A DNA stretch of 64,000 nt from Enoplolaimus lenunculus (Eukaryota), in assembly GCA_030248215.1 (NCBI GenBank), contig JASANG010000627.1, positions 496,001 through 560,000 of the forward strand, read 5' to 3'. The stretch's first letter is position 1; every line of letters begins with the position of its first letter. Shown here piece by piece: positions 1 to 12,500 of the stretch. The notes beneath the pieces are model-generated. The model did not search any database. It was not told the origin of the DNA and was given only the letters and a program-made list of their open reading frames with translations. The translations under genes and the position numbers were made by a program.

Positions 1-576
1 TAACATTGAAAAACTACGAAAACACCAAAATTTTGGCTTTTGTAAACTTCCGTCATACTTTTCCAACTTTTCAGATACTGTCTGTTTTATCTTCAACTTA
101 GGCATAGTTTTACGCTTCGAAGGAGGCTTAGGCTAAGGTTGGACATTAAGCTCAAGCTGAACATTTCGTAGGATTTAGCTAGCGCGTAAAATGTACAAGT
201 ACTGAAATTTCTTATGCTGTCATTCCAATTTGTTGTGTTATAAAGCATAAAAAATAATATGTAATTATTTTATCTTAATAAGTTGTCGAAGACAAGTTAA
301 TGTCCCGTGACATTATAAACTAAAGCTTCAATAACGTTTTGGAAGGTTACCTGAAGCAGTTGTAAAACAGACTTATCCTTCAAATAATTGATTAAAATAC
401 TTTAACTATTTGCACAGTTGACAAATTTGTGGGTTTTGTGTGTCCAGTTCTGTTGTACACTTTGCTTCCCTCCAGGCCCAGGGCTTGGCTCAGGCTTAGG
501 CTTATGTTTTGGAAAAAGGTATGCCTTAACCTTAAATACCGGAGAAAGCGTACAAGAGCCTGTGTTCTGAGTAAAA

Positions 577-3500
577 CTAACATTTGAACGGAGGTGTTTC
601 GGGTACTCGTGGTGTTTCTTCAATCGATGATTGAGTTGGTGTTTCTGGCAATTTGGCGAGCGTAGAACGCTTTCGCGTACGTTCTGGTGTGACTTCAGTT
701 CGACGCCATGGGAACTCACTCGTGTCGCCTTGCTCAGGTGAATCGGGTTCTTGTTTAGATGTCACAGGCTTTTGAATGTCTGCGGAAATTTAAATTATTG
801 AGTTCGTTTCGCGGTGTGAAACTTTATAGTTGTGTACTGGTTTCTGCGTTGATATGTAGTGTTAAATTTATAGTAAAAGTCTTAAAAGCAATAGAACTCA
901 TTAGAGGTTTCTGATTTTATAGCAATTTCGTTTATCGTTTGAGCAGTTTCTTTAATAGCTTTTATTATTGTAGCGTTATTCACATTACGAGTTTAATGTT
1001 GAAATTACAGAATTTACCCTCATGACACTTGCGAGCGACAACTATGAGTCCTCACAATGTAAACAACGCAATTATAGTTTGTATGTTGAAAGTCGGATCG
1101 TGTGAAAAATAAAACGCTATTTAAATGCTTTTCGGATTTCAAACAGCCTCGTGTCAAAACACTTTTTTTGTTAACGGAACAGTACAATAATTCGTGTAGT
1201 ATAGGAAAACGTTTGTGCTAGTTGTCAAAGTGGTACAGTTAACATTAATATAAACGGTTTTTTCACAACCCAAAAAGTGTTCTGTATTATTTTGACGTAA
1301 TTCCTAAATATATCTAATATAGCACGTAATTTTTGGCATATACTCTATCCCAATCTCTTAGTTTTCGGTTAAAACGCACCTTCCGTGTCTTCTGATTTCG
1401 CTTCGAACATTATAAAATCGGCGGTATCAGGTTTGGGTTGCGAGTCAACAGAGCGATGAGATTCGGGCGATTCACTTGCTTCTGTTATCAAGACACAAAC
1501 AGACATGTTATTAACGTTAAAACTTTAGCCCTTGTATGCATATTGGTCTTACATTTAACGCCACGCTTATGCATACATACAGCTAACGACTTAGGCAAAT
1601 GTTTGGCCTTGAACTAACAATCGTGTACCCCATTGCCGAAACCTAAGCCTAATTGAGCCTAAGAATAACCAGTGATGGGGAAGTGTACTGGGACCAAACG
1701 TTTTTCAATTTCTGAAACCTTTATGCGTTTCTAGACAACTACAGCACCGCAATGGCAAATTATCAGCGCCTAAGTAAGACTTGCCGTAAAATTACTTTCA
1801 CAAACATGGATACGTATTTAACAATTCTCGCACTGTGTAACAGTAGGTGTCAATTTAGCTATGAAAATTTTTCCAAATTCATGCAAAGAATTAAAATTTG
1901 ACCACGGAATCGTTTCAAAATACTAAAAACCCTTTCTCGTGTTTAGAAAAATATACTAATACATTGAGATCAAGTAGCGTTTTGACAAACGATGAAAAGC
2001 GTTTTACTTATAGCGTTTTGCCACAATAGCGATTCATTGTTTAAGTTTCTTAGCTTAGAAAAAGTAATATTGAAACATGCTGTTTAAAATTTACAGAAGC
2101 GATTAAAATAGCGTTTTGTTTTTATACAACATGGTTGACAGACTAGGTTTAGACTCTAGATTACATTTTTTGTTTAGGCTTTGGCTTACTCTTTGGAACA
2201 CATTTTTGCAACGCTTAGGCTTAGGCTGACGCTTAGGAATACGCTTAATGTACTGTTACGCAACTAACAGTAACATTAACCCAGATTTTCATTGAACAAA
2301 AAATAACAAAACTGCTTACTTTCAGTAACATCGACTTCAGGTATTGACCACAGCGTTGAAGGCGGTTGAAATCCATTTGAGCAATACGATTGTTGGCACG
2401 AATCCGGCATTGACGGCTCCTTCGGAAGATCAATTTCTGTAACTTTTGTCAGCTTCGGCTTAGCAGCACGGCTGGGCCGACCTGCGCTTTGTGGACGTCG
2501 GCCGCCAGGAAACGCAACTCCTAATGAGTCAGGCTCACCCAAGTCGAATTTTGCTAACCGCTGATTCACTAAATTGCTGTTGGTAGTCAATTTGGAAGTT
2601 GATGGCGACTGTTTTTGACGATCGCTTAGATCAAACTGAAACGACTGAACGTATTCGGGTATTTAAAGTGAACATAGCGACTATATCGCACTCGTCGATA
2701 GTCTTAATAATGTTTAGCGCAAATAGTAATATTCACTAAATACTTAATACTAAATGCTCGGAAAGTTTAAGTACTATAGCACTTAGTATTAAGTATTGAA
2801 AATACAAATACTGGTACTTGAAGGTAACAAAAAAATTTTACAGTATATGCTAAACCATTAACATCCAGAACGGCTAACTTTAACTGATCGCTGATTGGTC
2901 GATTGCGTGCTGCTTGGAAACTTCAATGTATTTGATTGGCCGTCAACGATTCGTGCGCTTCCTTCTCGACTTGAATCATTCACATCGCTGCCATCTGATT
3001 CGTCCAGCGAAACCGAAAACTTACCCGCTGCCAGTGCGCCATGATCAATACTTTTAGACCGAGTGGCCGCCGCATGAATTTGTTGCAAATGCCGCAGGGT
3101 TTTGGCGTCAATTGCAGCCGAATTACGTCGAACTGCGTCAGGTTCTCCCTGTAAGTTTAATACAAAACACCGGTTTATGTTAGTTATAGCAGAAGTGCAT
3201 GATACCCTTTAACAAGAGTTGCAACTGGATACTTTCTGTGTGAAAAAGAATGCACCCAGCGCTCGTTGCATATTCGGTCTACACCCCTTATCTTCACAGA
3301 CGCTGAAATTGTGCTGTTGCATATACTGAAATATTGGCTGGCAGTTACACGTGTAATGAACGCAACCTCGACCTCCTCCAAAGTAAGGGGAGCAGGACCA
3401 AAACACAACGAGCGCTGGTAGATTTAGTGCCATGCAAAACAAGGCTTATTGTATACTCTTGTTTACCGGCATCATCGACTCAAAAGGCTTATGTTTAGCT

Positions 3501-6500
3501 CAGGTTTACGTTTAGACTTAGTGAGCAGCCCCTTAGAGTTAACATGTGTCAAAAGCGAAGAAAATATACATCTGGGCTACTTTGTGCTTTTAGAAACCAA
3601 AACCCACAATCGACATGCCTTGTCGCATCAGCACAAAATACTCGCTACTTTAGTCACTAAAAATACGAAATGGACACAAAAACTGCGGCCCATGTTAGTT
3701 TAACAGGCGTGGCTACATTTTTTTGCTTAGGTTTAGGCTTAGGCTTAGAAACACATTTTTGCAACGCTTAGGCGCAGGCTTAGGCTTAGGAATACGCTTA
3801 ATCTACTGTTACGCCCCTAAAAGTAACATTGACCCAAAACTGCAATGACATTCGCTATCTGCATGGAATGCGAATATTTTTCATTTTCATCTTTGCTACG
3901 CAGAACAAATTTGCTTACAGCAATTGTTGTATATCTCCTTAGCGCCGAGTTTCCAATGAACGATTCTTGTACACCATCGCGTTCGTGATGCTGAAATTCG
4001 AAAATTAGAAGACCTCGGAATAGTTAAGTGGCCCGTAGCCAGAGGGGGTCGCGAGGGCTCAGCTTCTCTTAAAAAGTTTCTGACGCAAATAGAAATGTTT
4101 CAAGCTTGCTGGCAGGTCATCTGAAATTCCGGTATGCCTCTCGTGAAAATTTGTTAAACGGGCATAGTAAATAGGCGGTGTTCATAGCTCGACTGTTTTG
4201 CCAGTGAAATTTTTTGTAATGACATAGTGAAAATGCAAATATGTATAGTAGAGGACCTTAACTTCTCAATTGGGTTGGAAATTCAATGAATATATTTTAA
4301 TTAAGCAAAACTTTTTTGTACTCAACCAAAACAACATGGCAAAAGTAAACTGGGAAATTGTTATGCAACTTAAAATACACTCAATCAGTATGCAAACTTA
4401 TATTTTTGCAATATCAGAACTAAACAAAGGAGGGTGCAATTGGAATTACATTTTACCGGAACCAGAAACGGAAGCTTAAATATACATGCCATCGAAAAAT
4501 TCATTTTAATTTGCTTTTTTGCTATATTATTGGTGAAATAAGCTTATAGTTGAAGATAGGTATTTACTTAATCTGCTGTATTCCAGATTTTCATTATCCA
4601 GGTAAGCTAAATCAACCCGCGATGATTTATTTTCGGTGATTGTCAAGGTTTATATACTAAAGCAAAGAAATTATTTTATTTTTATCACCATTTTTTAGTA
4701 AAATGCTTAATTTTCAGCGACCAAAACTTAATACCACAATTTTTAATTCCCATAAAAATTTACCGGAACCAGAAGGTGAAAAAGTATCGGAACCGGAACC
4801 GGAATTCCGGTTGCACCCTGAAACTAAGTGCACCAGGAGTACACACAGAGCGCGATTCGTGTTACTGATTACCTTTGACCGCTTTCTAGCGCCCATTCGT
4901 CTTCGAACGTGGTGTCTCGTACGAAAATGTTGGCCATCATCGTCGTCATCATCGTCAAGCAACGAACGGCTAAACCGACGCATCTGAAATAGCAAAAATG
5001 CAGACGTTTTAAACAGGGGCTTGTACCAGGCGGTCCCGTAGCCAAGGGGGGCCAGGGAGGCTCAGCCCCCCTGGAAAACTTTTGGCTCCCTAGAAAGTTT
5101 TCAACCTTGCTTGCAAGTCATTAAAAACCCTTGAATGCCCCTCCTAATAATTTTTAGCCCCCCCCTCTAGCAAGGTGAGCTGGCAATGGACCTGATACAA
5201 AGAAAAACAGGAGGGATATATCCATCAGAAATTATGTGGAAAGACTAGCAAATGACACTTTTACATGCTGTACAATAATCTGCAACGCTCGCAAAAAATC
5301 TTTTTGACGTAATTACCACCTCTCGAAATGAAACTTGGCTACGGTAATGGCTTTAAATAGAATTGCATCCGGGTCCGCGTATTCCAGCTATTTTCAGCGA
5401 AAATGCAGCTTCCGTGTAATTTTTTTAAAATGTCAAAACTCTGCTATTAAGTTTGTTTTCCACAAAGTAAGAACCGTTGTTTCATCCGTACTAAACAAGA
5501 CCGAAAAGTCCGCTACCGAAATTTTGCTGAAGATTCGGCAGAGTTCGAACGAATTGCCAGCTGTGTTGCTATAACCACTGAGTTATCGGAGCAAAATAAA
5601 ACCTGTTCGCTACAATGGTTGTTTATATTGTAGGTTTGGCACTACAGCTGTATATGTGTAATAATAATATGCAAACGCCAAGAAAACTATGTATCGAAGA
5701 GCGTCATTGTGATTACACTTTTCTTACCCAGTTTTCTCAAAAATTTCAACAGCGCTCTAAAACCCTTTAATCTTAAACGCTCGTCATACGTCCTAAGTTC
5801 TTAGGATACCAATCGAACTCGCGCAGTCGGGTGCATAACCGGATTTTCAATTGAAAGAGATCCCGACTACCATGAAGCACAGTAAAGGTTGAACTTTGAG
5901 TTTTGAACATTTCGCGAGCAAAACGATCGGAAAGCTTGACAAAGAACCTTGCGAGCGAGAAGATAATAGTATTCATTCCAGTTGCAAAACAGTAATTGGT
6001 TCATTGATTAGGGATCGAAACCGTTTTCGAACCTGCCTGGCCACGCGACTGCTCTCAGTTTGGTAATATAGTACCTCTTTCTTTCTTGGCCGATACATCG
6101 CATCAATAACGGCACGTTGAACAAAGTCCTGAGAGTCTTTGTCGCCCTCTGGAGCAGCTTCTTCATCAGCAGGCGAACTTTCCTCAAACGCCCGCATGTC
6201 TAATACTGGATTAGTATACGCTGGTAGGGCTGTGGCACTGCTGAAAAAAAACTATTTTACTTTAACCTGTCTTAGTCATATTCAATACTTGAAAAAGAAG
6301 CAGTAATACGTCCGATGTTAACAAAAATACAAACGATTTGCGGTGTGTTGTTACTCAAACTGACGTCACCTGCTAAACAATATTGCCATTGGTTTGGCCT
6401 ATGTACAGAATAGGGCCGGAAACGTAGTATACGCATATTCCTAAGCCTAAGCCTAAGCCTAAGCGTATCGACGAGCCTATTCCTAAGCCTAAGCCTAAGC

Positions 6501-9500
6501 GTAAGCCTAAGCCTAAGCCTAAGCCTAAGCCTAAGCAATAAAAATAGTCTAAAGCTTAAACTGACTATATTATAGCCCCTAAAAACGATCCGACCATGTT
6601 CTATACATGGGCCATTGGTTTTATTGCCATATAGAAAAGAATGTACCCAACGCGTGTTGCGTTTTTTACACCAAATTTTCGATTTTAACTGCTGTAGCTA
6701 TCCTGAACAATGCCGAATTTTTCTGGTCATCAAATGTGCAATCCCAAAATTCAATTTCCACTCAAAACCTTTGTTTGAAGTTGGAATGGGTTTGTTTAAG
6801 GGTGCGTTTATGTTATCATACCATGCGTCTGGGCAACCAAGAGTTATCATTGTGGTTCGAACAGAGTAAGTTCCCACGCCAAGGAGAAGCCAGACGCAGC
6901 GGTAGAAACACTCTATTTCGAAGCGCTGTTGTGGGTCCACTTTACGTGTCTTGATGAAACAAAAATTCTGTGCGCTTTCTTAGATTTTTGCACAGAAAAC
7001 TCACTTTATGATAACGATGAAGTCCAGTAATGGCAATGGCTTATTTTCTGCTGAAATTTACTTTGTTGGTTCCCGCGGTTTTTAGAAAGCTTCTCTTGGT
7101 TAAACGCCCGGGCCCCTTTTATCCTGCCAGACTTTAACACGGGAACCGCTCCTTGATGCGCCCTCGAATAATAATATATCTTTGTATACGACTTCGAAAT
7201 TGGCTAAATTAACACTGAGACATTTCGTCTCGATCAAGGCTACAATAGTGTTTGCGTGATGATTCAAACAAAAAAACTAAGTTTCACCGAACTTTTATGA
7301 TGAAGCTTAGTATCTATACTATCGAATGCCAATCAAAGAGCAACTGTGTAACTACATTACGTCACCTGACTGCTACCGCAACCTACACATCAGATCCCTG
7401 ACTAGGACTTCGAACCAGTTGCGGCAACGATCCGTTCGACGCAGCAGCGCACGCCAAATAATGACTTTGCATCGCCGCTAAACTGCCAAACTTTTCAACT
7501 TCCGCAACAGCTTCTTTCATGCTCAGCTTTGTAAAGCTGTGAACGAGCCGACTGTCGCTTGACAACGGTGGTTCTCGCATGAGCAACGGCCGTAGATAAT
7601 GATCGTTAATATGTTCCCATCTGAAATTAATTTATTAACAATACGTTTCTATCAAAACCAACACGAGAAATCCATTACGAAAGTTCTAAAGACCCAAGAA
7701 AAAGTATATTTACACAATTTAGAATACCGATACTTTAATTACAAAAACATTTGCTTGCTTGCTTGCTACAGTCATAAGAAAAGAAGTTAAAGCGAAACTT
7801 AGCAGTAGAAATCAAATTCCGGCTACATACACTACTGATAAAACAAGTACGACACGCCAAAACTGTTTGTTAACTTTACATTTCTGAAATTAGCATAAGT
7901 AATAGTTGTAGCACAACTTTGCGTTCTTCCGAGATATGAACGCACGCTGCTGCGATGGGTCAAGTGTGTGGCACGAGCCGAATGAAGTGAGGCGAGTGCA
8001 TGCACGAGAGTATCGCTTTCTTGTTGTGCAAGTGAATAAAGAACGAGTGAACGCACAAGTGTGGAACGAGTGCAATAACACGAGTTGTGCACGAGTTTTT
8101 GAGTCACGTGCACAGTATAACAGTGCAAACGAGTTCACAAACTTCCATGCTCATGAAAAACCGTGCAATTTCACAAATAAATACATCTAAAAGATACCGT
8201 GAACCAAACCACACAAAAAGAATCACTAAACCAAAGCAACACAAACAGGCAATTTTGCTGCATGAATATCGTTTGATTTGAAACAGTACAATGTACCCCC
8301 GTTTCTGGTAGGGATGACTTAGAGTTACGCTATACTTTACTGGGCTGAACGCCGCCGTGTGCCGCTATGCGTTGTTAACAACGGGTCAAGATATCTGATC
8401 CGCGACCCACTGTGACCCATTTCCAGTGAAACCGTGTCCCTGCAACCTACGATCCAAATGGCTCAAGTTATTTGATCCTCGACCCACCGTGATCCATTTC
8501 CAGTGGAAATATGACCCATGTGACCCAGGATCCACGACCCAATTTAAAAGTTATAATGTCATACTTGCACAAATCGTCAACAGGGGTGAACCCAAATAAA
8601 CGTGGGCGGCGAAGACCGTTCCCCATAAGAATAAATTTGGACAAAACTTGTTAAGGTCGCTGTCAAATTTAACAGTTTAACTCCAGTCATAAACTTTTTT
8701 TAAATGTGCAACAACGGTTAGCGTTAATAGAACACTAAAAAATTTCACCCGCGGCTCTGTTTACATATTGCAAGCGAAAATGTTAAGAAAAGCCAAACTA
8801 ATAAAAAATCTACGTACCGCTCACGATGCCTGTGTTGTCCACTCGCTTTTGCAATATCTTCAAATCCAGCCATATAATGATTAATCACCTAAGACATTTT
8901 GTCGAAAAAATACACCATCTTGTGCGAAAACTAAATAACAACAGGTTGCAAAATGCGGTCCATGTTAAGATCAGGTGTGGAACGGTTTTCTGTGGGACTA
9001 GAAAAGAGTAATCTTAAGCTTTAGACTATTTTTTTGCTTGGTTTACGCTTCGGCTTAGGATAAGGCTTAGGAATATGCTCATTCTTACGCTTAGTCTTAG
9101 GCTTAGGCTTAGGCTTAGGCCAAAGGATATAATCGTAATGCTGTTCCGCCCCTGTCCTTTACATTGGCCCAAAATGCTAATAATTTGGTTTATGTGAAGA
9201 ACAAATATATACTTTGAGAAACGAAAATTTATGTAAAGAGGGATCAGATGTAGCTAATTGTTGGCAGTCCAAAAAACTATTTTAGGCTAAAATGCAGGGT
9301 GCAGTGGCGCATCCAGCAATATCTGACGACGACGGCTATATGGTAAATGGTACTCGCGAGTATAGCGAGTTCGAAGCCAAACGCTATTTTGGCGACACAA
9401 AACTAAACAATTGTAACGTAGGGAAAACTTACAATTAGTCATAACAAGCAGCCTCAAAAAGTGGCAATAGAGACGGGGTAATGCAAATATATGCGAGCTA

Positions 9501-12500
9501 GTTCTTTACTATATGACATACGTTTACTCGAAATCTGTCGAGCTTTTAACATCAAAATAGACAATTAAGCAGAAATTCAATAATTCGCAAAACAATTAAG
9601 TAATAGCATAGAATCAAGATTATAGTTAACTTTAACCATACTTAAGTGACGCAGCTGTAACACTTTTAACGCGAAACTGTTCATCATTTAACTAAATTCC
9701 AAAAGAGGGCTCCTGTAACTTATGAATTTGCGACGAACCGATCAGTTTTAGTTTTGCGATTAATAATCAGAACTAACACGATGAAATTAAGTTTTTTGTT
9801 TTTGCGGCTCATGCAATTTAAGCTTTGTCTATTTAGGTTATTGTCAGGCAAACTGGTTGTGAGAGTTTTTGCAACCATAAAATTAAGTTAGATCAGTAGC
9901 CAGAAGGAACCAACCGGCCCATCCATGAAAATTTAACCTCTTTACCCCCAGAAAAGTTTTAGCCACACTTGCCAGTTATGCAAAATTCTTTCAAGCTTCT
10001 ACAATATTTTTAGAGCCCACACTTGCTGGTTGGGCTGCCTTCGGGCTTAAACTTAGTGTAAACAGAACCTTCTTTCAGGATATTGACACTCGTAGACTTT
10101 GCCCCATAAGCCTCTGGCTCGAAAGTCCACCGTTCTACCCAATTTGTCATACGATACCGCAGGATATTAATATCAGATATCTTTTGATGCACATAATACA
10201 CCGATATATTGAGTACATAGCGTGTGTACGGAAATTCCTTCTGAGAAATTTTGCACAAAAAAAAGATCAAAAATAGGTCTGGTGAAAGCATGGGGGACCA
10301 AGGCAAAATATTCTGGGGGACCACATTTCATACGCGCTGTTAAAAAATCTAATCGCCACCCGTAGATCTGAATCTGTTTCTGGCAGGAGGGTGGCCCGAT
10401 TGAAGTCACATTTAGAGTTAACAGTCCGTTGCAATGGTTAAATTACCAAAAATCAAGGTACCCACAATCACACACCGTTTTCTTGATACACCAGGAGCTG
10501 ACACGCGTTCAGGTTTGGCCAACAGAAAGCGTTCGCTGAGGTAGTGTAAACGAGTGGGTTGTTAACACATGGGCTACGATACATTTTGTGTGGCCCGGCC
10601 GAATTTTATAACGTGAATGGCGCTTAAGTGCTTCAAAAAAATTGAACTTCAAAATAAAATAAGTGACACAAACATAAAACCATACAGTGCCGCAACGAAA
10701 ATGTACAAATGTGCGTTTGAGAAGTTTGTGAAAAGTTAACTATACGACTAAGTTACTTTAGTTTACGACGATGTTGGCCAAATAATAATGTTAACGATTC
10801 CATGCCAGCACATAAATGCTCGATACTCTAAAACGTAGCGAGCATAGGTAAAATTTGAAAATCGAACCATTTCGAAACCGTTTAGCTAATTTGGGAAATT
10901 ATCAGTTTGACTGACTCAGATGGGAGTAATTATAGATATTAATGACGGTTAGCTAATCAACGCACAGACATGTGAAGTTCATGTATACCATATGTTTTAA
11001 TAGCAGTAGGTTGTCTAAGGGGAAAGCTGTAATATAGCATTTTTACGACTACTTCGGAAACATCTGCAACTTTCGTTTGATTATAGTAACAAATGAACTA
11101 GCAGATAGTCGAAAAATTAGATTAAATAACAGATTTACTTACGAAAATAATAAGTTAAAAACAACCTCTGTTCTCTTCAGGCAGACTTTAATTTTTAAAA
11201 CGTACCCGTTCGAAAATTTGTTCGTTGACAGTTTTTTCGCGCTGTTCCAACTTTTTGACTTTTAGAAAATTGACTAACGGTTTAATTGTCATGCCCTGAA
11301 ACAAAATAAATTTTTTAAAATCACCATTTACTTTACACTTTGCTCAATTCCTAAACAAAAATGTCAAAAATTTATTTTCAGTAGTAAAATACTTGTGCTA
11401 TATTTCATTTTCATTAACAAAACGGTACCAGTTATTTGTAAATGCTCAGAAAAGTCTCTAAGCGTAACGTGTGTTATCGTTAAAATGTAGTTGAGAACTT
11501 GACCCCGAGGACAAAGTGTAATGATCGCAGGGTGCCAACCTGAACTGGATTATATCCGAGACGGAATCGGAATTTATAGAGCAATCGGAATGAGTCGGAA
11601 TTACAAATTTTCAAACCCCATACGATGTATTCTCGTTTATAACGATCCTTATGATATAGAAATTGTATGTGTCATTGCAATCCAATTTGTTTAAGAGTTT
11701 TCTATGCCGCTGATGTTTTATAAAAAGATCGCGTGCACATCTTACCCATAATTTTACAGCTAAATATGAAATTTACAAAACATAAGATAATTTCAAAACA
11801 GTTAACGAAATAACAACAATATTATTCCAATAGCAATTATATATCTGCAAGAACAATAGCAATCAGCGGGTTTTTAATTGAAGTTTTAACCGAAATCGAA
11901 ATTCTGTTTGCATCCTCATAGCTTTTGAAGCGACTCTTATGTTATCTGGCATTCACTTATCTGGACTTCACAGTTTACACACAGCGAGTTTGCAGTGAGG
12001 TTCCATGTATAGCACAGGGCCGGATCGTTTTCCGGAGGGGCTATAATAGAGTCAGTTCAAGCTTTAGACTAATTTTTTTGCATAGGCTTAGGCTTAGGCT
12101 TGGGCTTAGGCGTAGCAATAGGCTCATCCGTACGCTTAGGCTTAGGCTTAGGCTAAGAAATATGTTTATACTACTGTTCCGGCCCAGTTCTATACCTGGG
12201 CCGCAGTCAGTTAGAAAATTGTTTACCACGTTCTACATTTTGCACAACATTTCATGACGAACTCAACAAAACTAAACACGGTTGCTTATTGGATGGAGTA
12301 GTTCTTAGTGGACCGTGCGTTTGTTCGTTGCTAGTCCTGCAGCCTTGGCGGCGTGCATAGTGGCGGATTTAGAAATTTCTAAAACGAACGTGTGCACGAT
12401 ATAAACGTGGAAAAAAATCCACAAGCGAAAAGCCGACCACCATTTTCATAATAAAGCTTAATACAAAATCTTGGTTGTGATCCACGTTGGGGTGACCTTG

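Noticed and set aside
6440..6537. True telomere or chromosome-fusion scar
   Set aside because: The tracts are short and intronic, occur in both orientations, and are enclosed by TIRs and TSDs.
6272..6538. LRLRLR / LSLSLS ORFs (also 11925-12257, 12041-12229)
   Set aside because: These are translations of TTAGGC/GCCTAA repeats inside MITEs.
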